Shown in pieces: positions 39,157-47,352 of a stretch of 64,000 nucleotides of DNA. The stretch is from positions 8,770-72,769 of the forward strand of contig CAZTRP010000014.1 of the NCBI GenBank assembly GCA_964616705.1, given 5' to 3'. The stretch's first letter is position 1. Each line of letters starts with the position of its first letter. The notes under the pieces are model-generated. The model was given only the letters and a program-made list of their open reading frames with translations, did not search any database and was not told where the DNA came from. The position numbers and the translations under genes were made by a program. The stretch is from an uncultured Pseudobdellovibrionaceae bacterium. Its GTDB lineage: Bacteria; Bdellovibrionota; FAC87; UBA2466.

Positions 39157-39750
39157 ATGAAAGCTATTTACGCTTCTATTTTTGTATTGGCCCTGGCAGT
39201 ATCCTCTTCCTCAATTTTGGCAGAGGGTGATGACGCTCATAAGAGCGGAGGAAATGGTACGACGAGACCATCCAACGTCGGCTCGGACGTTATGCCGAGG
39301 CTTATCAAGGCAGTCGATGCTTGTTCCTTGGACCGCGAGGGGGCTATTTCGGATCCCCCGATTTCTTCCTTCTCAAAGCCAATCTCCAGTAAACCAAAAA
39401 GCGTTGCTACGCCCGCAAAACCAGCCGCGACTGCAAGTGTGGCGGCATCGAGTGCACAGCCAAGTCGTACTGAAAAACCAGCCACTAAAGTCGCTCCCTC
39501 AGAAGGTGCAAATACTTCTGATAGGAAAGCGGCTGCATTGGCGAGGCTTTTCAATAAGTGCAAAGGGTGTCACGGCCCCGGCGAAGCGAGCTCTTTGGAG
39601 TCTTTTGCCACCGCTAGTTTTAATTTAGAAGAAAAGGGAGAAGTTTCACCTGGTCGCGCATTGGCTGCCGCTACGACGGTTGCAGAGATGAAAGCAGGAC
39701 TCACCCCAGAGGATATTGAGTTGCTGAAAGAGTGGAAAGCGACAAAATAA
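39157..39750 (+). CDS. Secreted putative c-type cytochrome with a long Ser/Pro/Ala/Thr-rich linker.
   Basis: It has a signal peptide, about 110 aa of low complexity, then a single 'FNKCKGCHG' heme-binding motif (CxxCH preceded by Phe) near the C-terminal domain. Confidence 0.5.
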   Translation: MKAIYASIFVLALAVSSSSILAEGDDAHKSGGNGTTRPSNVGSDVMPRLIKAVDACSLDREGAISDPPISSFSKPISSKPKSVATPAKPAATASVAASSAQPSRTEKPATKVAPSEGANTSDRKAAALARLFNKCKGCHGPGEASSLESFATASFNLEEKGEVSPGRALAAATTVAEMKAGLTPEDIELLKEWKATK

Positions 39751-39782
39751 AAATTACTAGTACGTAGGACCGGCGACCTTGG

Positions 39783-40661
39783 TTAAATTTTCTCCGCCGT
39801 TGTCCCATCCTGAGTTAGCAAGGCGCCATAGAGCTCGGGCCGTCGATCTCGAAAAAATCCCCAGCCTGCTCGCGCAGCTCGGATTTCTTCCAAGTCAAAT
39901 CTAGCAAGAATAATCCCTTCGGATTTCGCATCTAATTCTTTTACCAAACCGCCCGCTTCATCCGCGATGAAACTATGCCCATAGAATTGCTGTGATCCTT
40001 CAGTTCCAATGCGATTTGCTGCCACTACCGGAACGACGTTGCTTACCGCATGGCCGATCATGGCTCTTTGCCAGCGGTCTTTTGTTGCTAAGGGATCGGG
40101 GTTCGATGGTTCTGATCCAATGGCGGTAGGGTAGAGAAGTATTTCAGCCCCCTGAAGCACCATAGCTCGAGCACATTCTGGGTACCACTGATCCCAGCAA
40201 ATGCCGACGCCAATGCATCCGAAACGCGTCTTCCAAACTTTGAAACCCGTATTGCCCGGATTGAAATAGAACTTTTCCTCGTAGCCCGGTCCGTCGGGAA
40301 TATGGCTCTTTCGGTAGAGTCCCATCATGCTGCCGTCGACATCTAGCATGGCCACACTATTGTAATGGGCTTGTCCCTCGCGCTCGAAAAAGGAAATCGG
40401 AAGTACCACGCCGTGCTTTTTGGCGAGAGCAGAAAAATGCGCAAGCATGGGATGGTTTGCAACCGGCCTGGCGCGAGAAAAAAAGGCTGGTGACTCAACG
40501 GTGCAAAAGTAGTGACCTTCGAAGAGTTCGGAAGCCAGAATCACTTGGGCGCCTTGGCGAGCCGCTTCTGCGATCCAATGGGAAATTTTTTCCGTATTTT
40601 CCTTCTCGCTATCAGTGAGAGCGCATTGAATCGCGGCTACGCTTACGAGTTCTTTCGCCAT
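39783..40661 (-). CDS. aguB: N-carbamoylputrescine amidase (nitrilase superfamily).
   Basis: It has CN-hydrolase motifs with the catalytic Cys in 'GVGICWDQWYPE'. It sits beside agmatine deiminase. Confidence 0.85.
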   Translation of the reverse strand: MAKELVSVAAIQCALTDSEKENTEKISHWIAEAARQGAQVILASELFEGHYFCTVESPAFFSRARPVANHPMLAHFSALAKKHGVVLPISFFEREGQAHYNSVAMLDVDGSMMGLYRKSHIPDGPGYEEKFYFNPGNTGFKVWKTRFGCIGVGICWDQWYPECARAMVLQGAEILLYPTAIGSEPSNPDPLATKDRWQRAMIGHAVSNVVPVVAANRIGTEGSQQFYGHSFIADEAGGLVKELDAKSEGIILARFDLEEIRAARAGWGFFRDRRPELYGALLTQDGTTAEKI

Positions 40662-40664
40662 GCC

Positions 40665-41690
40665 CTAGGTCCTCTTGGGTTCTTGCTGGGTAATGCAGTG
40701 AAAAGCTCCGCCCCCTTGTAGCAAAGTTGAAGCGGGGCATCCAATTACTTTTCTTCCGGGAAACAGAGGCCGAAGTTGTTCAATTGCCAATGCGTCACGG
40801 TTGGTGCCATAGGTCGGCACTACTACTGAATGGTTAGAAATATAAAAATTCACGTAACTCGCAGGGAGAACCTGCCCATCCTCACTAAGAACTTTGCCGG
40901 GAGAGGTAATTGTATGTACTTGGAGTTTTCTTCCGCGTGCATCGGACATTTTTTCAAGGTCACTCTTGATTTCGTTCAAAACAGAAGCATTTGGATCGCT
41001 TGAATCGGCCGGTGCCATACACACTACTTTCCCGGGTGCTACAAAGCGGGCCAAGGTGTCGATATGGCCGTCGGTATGATCGTTGAGCAGGCCCTCGTAG
41101 AGCCAGAGGACTTTTTTTACTCCTAGAGAATCGATGAGGTGCTTTTCCACTTCTTCGCGGGAAAAACTTCGATTTCGGTTCACATTGAGCAAACACTGTT
41201 CGGTGGTAAGGACCGTTCCTTCCCCATCCACTTCAATGGATCCCCCCTCGAGAACCCAAGAGAAAGGCACCCCGTCATACCCCGAAGCTTCGGCAATGCG
41301 CCGGTTGACTTCATCGTCATAGCGCAAATTAAACTTCTCTCCCCATCCATTGAAGATAAAGCAGCCAGCCTTCAACTCTGCGCCAGGGGTCCGTAAAAAT
41401 AGGGGGCCCGTGTCTCGCAACCAAATATCGCCAAAGCCAATCTCGAAAACACGAATTTCAAGTCCAGATAACGCCTGTCTGGCCTGTTCGGCGCGCATTG
41501 GATTGGGAGCTAAGACACAAAGGGCCTCGCCAACTGAACCACTCGGGGCATAGGAAATAGCTCTACAGAGTTCGACAAACTCCTTTTGGACTTCGACGAG
41601 CTCCTCCTCGCCCCAGAGTTCAGCGTGGCTAGGCCAAGCTACCCAACAGGCTTTGTGAGGTTCCCATTCCGCGGGCATTGAAAATTGCAT
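40665..41690 (-). CDS. aguA: Agmatine deiminase.
   Basis: 'MPAEWEPHKACWVAWPS' is the agmatine deiminase/PAD family N-terminus. The start is taken at the internal Met rather than the ORF track's 41789. Confidence 0.85.
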   Translation of the reverse strand: MQFSMPAEWEPHKACWVAWPSHAELWGEEELVEVQKEFVELCRAISYAPSGSVGEALCVLAPNPMRAEQARQALSGLEIRVFEIGFGDIWLRDTGPLFLRTPGAELKAGCFIFNGWGEKFNLRYDDEVNRRIAEASGYDGVPFSWVLEGGSIEVDGEGTVLTTEQCLLNVNRNRSFSREEVEKHLIDSLGVKKVLWLYEGLLNDHTDGHIDTLARFVAPGKVVCMAPADSSDPNASVLNEIKSDLEKMSDARGRKLQVHTITSPGKVLSEDGQVLPASYVNFYISNHSVVVPTYGTNRDALAIEQLRPLFPGRKVIGCPASTLLQGGGAFHCITQQEPKRT

Positions 41691-41756
41691 GCGGATCTCG
41701 TACCACGAAAGAGGACATCCGGCACGTCTGTGTGGTAGGTGTGGCCGAGAATCGCT

Positions 41757-42494
41757 ATGAAACTCAAAGACGCTGTAGAAAAAATACAAAATCGGGGACT
41801 TCTTCTAGTCTATCCCCTGCAAAATCGGCCGGAACCCCGATCATTGTGGTCGGAGTTCTATCCAAGAACCAAAATGCGTTGGGAATGGGACTCTGAGGGT
41901 GCAGACAATCGCGTGGCTAATCTGTGGCACCTACGTGAAGCGATTTCGCGTTCCGGACAAGTGGTTTACACAAAATGGTTCCGTGGCCGAGCTACGTTTC
42001 TTTCAAAAGAGATCTTCTCGGCATTTTTAGCGCTCCTTAGAGTTCCTGATAGCTCCCTAAGTCGTGCTGCTAGTCAGTTATTGCGGGTGCTTGAAGAAGA
42101 CTCCCCGCTTTCTACTAAAGAGCTAAAGAAACGTTGCCGTCTGGTTGGCCCTGGAAACGAAAGGGTTTACTCAAAGGCATTACAAGAGCTTTGGGACTCA
42201 ATGCAGATTGTTGGTTACGGAGAGGTCGATGATGGGGCATTTCCGTCGCTCGCCATTGGGGCCACGCGGGTTTTGTTTGATGAACTGGTAAAGAACGCGG
42301 AGTCTCTAGATCTTGGTGAGGCCGAGGCGCTAGTTCAAGAAAAACTGGGCAAAGATTCTGTGGTGTATAAGTATTTCTTAAAGCGGCGCGCCGCTCTTTC
42401 TTTAAATCCCGTAAGCCGCGTCCCTAAGAAACGAAAATCCGCTGAAATAGGCGGTATGGTCCGCTACGAAGATTTAGTCCGTGGTGAGCGCTGA
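41757..42494 (+). CDS. Hypothetical protein (about 245 aa). It may be a winged-helix protein.
   Basis: The ORF has a good length and an acceptable start context, but I recognise no family confidently. Confidence 0.45.
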   Translation: MKLKDAVEKIQNRGLLLVYPLQNRPEPRSLWSEFYPRTKMRWEWDSEGADNRVANLWHLREAISRSGQVVYTKWFRGRATFLSKEIFSAFLALLRVPDSSLSRAASQLLRVLEEDSPLSTKELKKRCRLVGPGNERVYSKALQELWDSMQIVGYGEVDDGAFPSLAIGATRVLFDELVKNAESLDLGEAEALVQEKLGKDSVVYKYFLKRRAALSLNPVSRVPKKRKSAEIGGMVRYEDLVRGER

Positions 42495-43877
42495 ACACCT
42501 TTTCGGTAGGTACGCTACGAGGGGGCCACGGCGGGCATTTTTAGAATTTGTTCGGATAAGTACTTTCTCGACCCACCCCGGTTCAAAACTCGTCACTTTT
42601 TCGTATCGTGCATTCCAATCCGTATCTGGAACAAAATCGGATCGAAGCAATGAAAGCGTCGAGCAGTTGGAATTCGAATAGTTTGCTCGAGCGATGGAAG
42701 CCCATTGAACCTTTCGAAGTAACAGGGCTTGTGGGTAAAACACCAGAGCGCCCCCAACGCCATCGACGGCAGAAATTTCCGGGTGAAGAGCAAGCCACGC
42801 GGTGAGCTGAATGAGATTTCTTTGCGCCGTATTGGTACACGTCACCAAAAGCAGAAAGGCGTTGAGGCCCACGAACCAGGCCTTGCGCCAGGGGGCGCCG
42901 GCTTCCCGTAGCCAAGCAGCGAGTGGAACCAGGCAAAAAAGGAAGATCGGGACAACGGGAACAAGAAATCTCTCCTCCTTGTGGGGCGATAACGTGTGGG
43001 CGAGGAGAAAAAACACGAAGTAACTCAGGGGGGCCAAGTATCCGGCAAAGGCCTCTTTCCACGCAAAACCGCGGTACCTAGAGAGCAATGCTGGAGGAAG
43101 GGTCAGGCCAAAGGTAAGTGCCAAGAAGGTGTAAAATGGCATACGCCCGAAATGTTCCCCCGAGTACTGGATATTGTATTCAACATAGCTTCTAAGCTGA
43201 CTGTGAAAACGCCCTTGTAGAAACCAGTCGGGAAGGCCCGTAAGGACGAAAACCCCTAGGCCGAAGGCCAAGAAAAGGGACAACTCCCGCGGCCGCCTAG
43301 TTTGTAGGACCACGCATGCAAGGCCTAGAACGCAAATCCCTGCTTGAAATCTCATCATGGAGGCCAAACCAAGAAAGCCCAATGCCATGAGTAGTGAGCG
43401 CGGTGACGTGCTTCGTTGGTAGTTTCTTGCATGAACTGCACTCCAAGTAAGAAAGGGCATGCAGAAAGTCTCAATCATCGGACGAGTAGAAAACAAAGGA
43501 AGGGCCCAATAGAAGCAAATCAAAACCTGGGCAATTCTGCGTTGGAGCGCTGTTGATCTATCGAAAAATGCGGTGGTGGCCCAAAATTGGAGCACGAAAA
43601 CCACTCCTCCCAGTAGAGCGAGGGCGAATCGCATTTGGGAAATGGGATCCAAAATTCCAAATAGCAGGGGAATCTGACCGAGGCCCAAAAGAAGCAGCTT
43701 TGGAACGTAGGGGTGAATTCCGGAAATAAGCGCTCGCCAGTGAGGAGATTCCTGTGCGGGCACCATGATCGCAAAGCCGTTGTTGTAGTCGTCAATGCTG
43801 ATAATGCTCAGGTTAAAAAAACCCGTCAGAGCGGTAACTAGGAAACCAGTCCAAAATATTACTGCAGATGTAGGCAT
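42474..43877 (-). CDS. GT-C mannosyltransferase, GT22/Alg9-PIG-B-like (polyprenyl-phosphate-mannose dependent).
   Basis: It is polytopic. The N-terminal loop has 'SIISIDDYNNG' (acidic DxD-like). The family signature '...SPHKEERFLVPVVP' matches the HKEERF motif of Alg9/Alg12/PIG-B-type alpha-mannosyltransferases. The start is set at the internal Met at 43877. Confidence 0.65.
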   Translation of the reverse strand: MPTSAVIFWTGFLVTALTGFFNLSIISIDDYNNGFAIMVPAQESPHWRALISGIHPYVPKLLLLGLGQIPLLFGILDPISQMRFALALLGGVVFVLQFWATTAFFDRSTALQRRIAQVLICFYWALPLFSTRPMIETFCMPFLTWSAVHARNYQRSTSPRSLLMALGFLGLASMMRFQAGICVLGLACVVLQTRRPRELSLFLAFGLGVFVLTGLPDWFLQGRFHSQLRSYVEYNIQYSGEHFGRMPFYTFLALTFGLTLPPALLSRYRGFAWKEAFAGYLAPLSYFVFFLLAHTLSPHKEERFLVPVVPIFLFCLVPLAAWLREAGAPWRKAWFVGLNAFLLLVTCTNTAQRNLIQLTAWLALHPEISAVDGVGGALVFYPQALLLRKVQWASIARANYSNSNCSTLSLLRSDFVPDTDWNARYEKVTSFEPGWVEKVLIRTNSKNARRGPLVAYLPKRCSALTTD

Positions 43878-43896
43878 GGCTGGACGAATCCTAGCA

Positions 43897-44667
43897 CTAG
43901 AGGGGTAGGTGGAATAGCGGCTTGTCGGTGTCCTTTTTAAACAAGAATAAGTAGTTAAATCCGCGAAGGAAGTAGTTTCCATCGACTGCGGCAGTGTGCC
44001 AGTGGTTGCGTTTTAGTGTCCGGTTGTGCCGAGTCACGCTGATAATGTCGATTGGGTGGAATTGGCGCTTAGCCAACTCAAAGAGTTCAAAGCCAATGGG
44101 CGAGAAAGGCTTGCCCTTCTTGTAGGAGTCACAAACATAAATAGCGAAGTACCGCTTGTTCTTGAGCACCCGAAATGCCTCGCCAATCACCTGATTCATT
44201 GCCTGGTAATAGTCGGGGGTACGTGAATCCAGTTCGCCAATACATTGGGGATCCCCGGAATACCGAATATGGTTCGAATAGGGGGGATCCATAAAAAAGA
44301 AGTCTACGGTTTCAGGCTGCAGGGGGAGATTTCGGGCGTCCGCCTTCACAATGTCTTCCCGGAAGGGGGCAATATCAAAACCCAGGCCTTTTCGTTTTAA
44401 GTCTTGGCAAACGGCAAGTGTGGTACCGCTCCCGCACATTGGGTCCACCACGGTGTCGTTTTCGCGCGTATAGCGCTCTAGTAGGTTCCAAATGACATAA
44501 GAAGGCGTCGCCCCCTTATAGTCTTTGTGCCCTTGCATTCCGGTTCCGTAATGTTGAGAGGGGTACTCCCAAAGTGTGGTGGTTTGCAGCTTGAGAGAGG
44601 GTCTCTTCCAAAGCTGAAAAGGCTTTTTCGGCCCCTTGGCCGGGTGCATTTGGGCTTGGTCGTCCAT
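43897..44667 (-). CDS. N6-adenine/N4-cytosine-type DNA methyltransferase with a permuted motif order (I before IV).
   Basis: 'LWEYPSQ...GATPSYV...LLERYTRENDTVVDPMCGSGTTLAVCQDLKRKGLGFDIAP' matches the AdoMet-binding half of N6_N4 MTases (motif I). The catalytic 'FFMDPPYSN' (motif IV) lies about 30 aa downstream. I see no partner restriction gene. Confidence 0.6.
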   Translation of the reverse strand: MDDQAQMHPAKGPKKPFQLWKRPSLKLQTTTLWEYPSQHYGTGMQGHKDYKGATPSYVIWNLLERYTRENDTVVDPMCGSGTTLAVCQDLKRKGLGFDIAPFREDIVKADARNLPLQPETVDFFFMDPPYSNHIRYSGDPQCIGELDSRTPDYYQAMNQVIGEAFRVLKNKRYFAIYVCDSYKKGKPFSPIGFELFELAKRQFHPIDIISVTRHNRTLKRNHWHTAAVDGNYFLRGFNYLFLFKKDTDKPLFHLPL

Positions 44668-44732
44668 TGGGACGGCAATAGACCATATCCTGTGTTTGCG
44701 TTCCAGCGAGAATTGAGGTCAATTCGGGGGCT

Positions 44733-45116
44733 ATGGAAAATCACCAGGTCCTCAATATTGGCAAAATCCAGGAATTTCAGCGCAACTTCGTTAGGGAGCG
44801 CGATTGGGAAAAGTTCCACACCCCCAAGAACTTAGCTATGGCACTTGCCGGGGAAGCGGGTGAATTACTGGAGCTTTTTCAGTGGCTGACAGCCGAGGAA
44901 TCTTACCGTTTAGCCGAGTCGCCTCAGAAAGCCCAAGCGCTACGCCATGAAATGTCGGACATTCTTTTCTACTTGCTCCGCCTTGCGGATGGCTTTGGAA
45001 TCGACCTAGAAAAGGCGCTATGGGAGAAGTTGGAAGAAAACGCCCGTAAGTATCCCGTCGAACTATCCAAGGGACGAGCTACGAAGTACACCGAATTTGC
45101 TCAGGGTAACGACTAG
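44733..45116 (+). CDS. MazG-like nucleoside triphosphate pyrophosphohydrolase (YpjD-type, all-alpha).
   Basis: 'HTPKNLAMALAGEAGELLELFQW' (EExGEL metal-binding) and 'HEMSDILFYLLRLADGFGIDLE' are present. Confidence 0.75.
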   Translation: MENHQVLNIGKIQEFQRNFVRERDWEKFHTPKNLAMALAGEAGELLELFQWLTAEESYRLAESPQKAQALRHEMSDILFYLLRLADGFGIDLEKALWEKLEENARKYPVELSKGRATKYTEFAQGND

Positions 45117-45139
45117 CGTACGGAGCTCCCTCTGACTTT

Positions 45140-45532
45140 CTAAGTTGGAGAGTCTCTAAACACAAAATACACGGCTCCGACTAGGCAAATGCCCGCCCAA
45201 ATCATGTTCGTTGTTAGGCGGATCCCCATGTAAAAATAGGCGAAACCCGCAAAGACCAACAACGTTATGACTTCTTGAAGCACTTTTAGTTGGGGCAACG
45301 AGTAAAAGCGGAATCCTATGCGGTTCCCGGGTACCTGGAGGCAGTATTCGAAAAATGCTATCCCCCAGCTGACTAGTATAGCGATCCAAATTGGCTGGTG
45401 GTTGAGGTGCTTCAAGTGGCCATACCAGGCATAGGTCATGAAGATATTGGAAAGAAGCAGAAAAATTACCGTAGCCACCATAGAATACTTTTCTAACCTG
45501 TTGTAGATAAGGAGTCGATTATGGACACTCAT
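45140..45532 (-). CDS. Small DMT/EamA-like membrane protein (4 TM).
   Basis: It is a hydrophobic 130-aa protein. 'YCLQVPGNRIGF...LPQLKVLQEVITL' resembles small DMT-superfamily proteins. Confidence 0.45.
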   Translation of the reverse strand: MSVHNRLLIYNRLEKYSMVATVIFLLLSNIFMTYAWYGHLKHLNHQPIWIAILVSWGIAFFEYCLQVPGNRIGFRFYSLPQLKVLQEVITLLVFAGFAYFYMGIRLTTNMIWAGICLVGAVYFVFRDSPT

Positions 45533-46186
45533 TTACTTGGCATTTTGATCCAGACGATTCCTGTGGTTTTTGCCGCCTTGTTTCCGGTTTTGAACCCAAT
45601 TGGGTCGGCGATTATCTTGCTTCCCCTTACTACCAATATTGACGACACCACTCGCCAGTTTATTTCAAGAAAGGTGGCGCGCAATACGTTTGTTCTACTC
45701 ACTGTCGTTCTTTTTGCGGGCAGCGCTTTACTCGCTTTTTTTGGCATATCTATTCCAGTAGTTCAGGCGGCGGGGGGAATGGTCCTTGTTTCAATGGGTT
45801 GGAAAATGCTGACGGCGACCGACTTAGTAGATACCGAAAAAGACGGTACACCCCAACCGGGTACTCTTGCCGATCAGACTTTCTATCCGTTCACCTTTCC
45901 GTTTACCGTTGGACCCGGAAGCGTGGCAGTGACCTTAACCTTGAGCGCTCATACATCGCACGATACCTGGATTGAGACATTTGTTAGCCGAGGCGGTGCT
46001 TTGATTAGCTTCTTGGCTTTGGCCGTAACCGTCTACCTTTCACTTGCGTACACGGTATCTCTGCTTCAGCGGGTGGGCCCTTCAGCCACAAAGGTAAGTA
46101 TGCGGCTGATGGCATTTATCATTCTGTGCATTGGAGCCCAAATTAGTTGGACCGGCGTGCATTCGCTGTTGATGCAACTTCATTGA
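45521..46186 (+). CDS. marC: MarC family integral membrane protein (UPF0056).
   Basis: 'FAALFPVLNPIGSAIILLPLT' and a 6-TM architecture are typical of MarC. Confidence 0.75.
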   Translation: MDTHLLGILIQTIPVVFAALFPVLNPIGSAIILLPLTTNIDDTTRQFISRKVARNTFVLLTVVLFAGSALLAFFGISIPVVQAAGGMVLVSMGWKMLTATDLVDTEKDGTPQPGTLADQTFYPFTFPFTVGPGSVAVTLTLSAHTSHDTWIETFVSRGGALISFLALAVTVYLSLAYTVSLLQRVGPSATKVSMRLMAFIILCIGAQISWTGVHSLLMQLH

Positions 46187-46227
46187 ACGCTCGCCAAGTT
46201 CCCCCCGGTCGAGCTATTCTTTTCTAA

Positions 46228-47352
46228 GTGAAAATCTGTATTCATGCTCTAGGCATATCGATGGGCGGTGGCGCTCGGCACTTAGAGAACTTTTTGCGGG
46301 CCCTCTCGGCCGATCCCCAGGGTCACACTTTCCTCGTGCTAGTTCGCTCCTCTGAAAATTTGCATGTACACAGTTCGGCAGTTGTTTTGAAAAACCCGGG
46401 CGGTATATTTAGCAAGAACCCAGTTTTTCGGTTTATTCACGATCAAGTTTTGCTTCCATTCCGGTTGTGGTTCGGAAAATTTGATGCCGTTGTATCGTTA
46501 GCGAACTTTGGTCCGGTGTTTTCGCCTGCCCCCCACATTCTGTTTGAGCGAAATGCGCTGCACTTCTGGGACGGTCCGCAGGGAGCTACTTTTCATCTCT
46601 CGTTTGCAGAGCGATGCCGACGGTGGTTGATCGAGAAAACTGCCCGTCGAGCTACGCTCATAGTTGCTCCCACCCATGCAATGGTCGCCGGTATGCAGAG
46701 TAAGTTGCCGAGCATTCCCAAGTCGAAGTTTTCCGTGCTTCCCCATGGGTTCGATCTGGAAACGAGTGTGGGCCACGTGACAAAGGCGCACGACTGCCGT
46801 GGACTGAAACTTCTCTACGTGGCGCACTATGCTTGGTACAAAGGATTTGAATTTCTTCTGCGGGCCGTTGCCGAATTAAAGCGGCGCAACGTCGATTTTC
46901 GCCTCTCCCTTACGTTGGGTAAGGAAACTGATTCGACCACTGTAGCTTCTCTTTCGGCGCTTGCTAAAGACCTAGGCGTTCTCGATAGCTTAGTTTTTCT
47001 TGGTAGAATTCCTTCTAATCAAATGGGTTCGTTCTATAGAGATGCCGACGCACTGGTATTTCCTTCCCTGTGTGAGTCTTTCGGTTTTCCACTGCTTGAA
47101 GCGATGGGAAACAGGGTTCCCGTAGTGGCAACGGATCTCTTGGTGTGCCGCGAGATTTGCGGGGGTGCCGCTTTGTATTACCAAGTGGGCAATGTTTCGG
47201 ATGCCGCTGATAAGATCCTGGAAGTTTCAAGATTGGCGACGAGAACGCGCCTTGTCGACGAAGGACACAAGAGAATGCAGTCCCGGGATTGGAGTTGGCG
47301 TGCCTACACCGCCGACTTTATTGGCTTGGTTTCGGAGGCCGTTGATCGGTGA
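46228..47352 (+). CDS. Glycosyltransferase family 4.
   Basis: It has a GT-B C-terminal domain with 'FPSLCESFGFPLLEAMGNRVPVVATD' (EX7E motif). Confidence 0.8.
   Translation: MKICIHALGISMGGGARHLENFLRALSADPQGHTFLVLVRSSENLHVHSSAVVLKNPGGIFSKNPVFRFIHDQVLLPFRLWFGKFDAVVSLANFGPVFSPAPHILFERNALHFWDGPQGATFHLSFAERCRRWLIEKTARRATLIVAPTHAMVAGMQSKLPSIPKSKFSVLPHGFDLETSVGHVTKAHDCRGLKLLYVAHYAWYKGFEFLLRAVAELKRRNVDFRLSLTLGKETDSTTVASLSALAKDLGVLDSLVFLGRIPSNQMGSFYRDADALVFPSLCESFGFPLLEAMGNRVPVVATDLLVCREICGGAALYYQVGNVSDAADKILEVSRLATRTRLVDEGHKRMQSRDWSWRAYTADFIGLVSEAVDR

Noticed and set aside
43897-45116. The methyltransferase/MazG pair considered as a restriction-modification system.
   Set aside because: There is no endonuclease-like ORF, no specificity subunit, and no PD-(D/E)xK or HNH signature in neighbouring genes.
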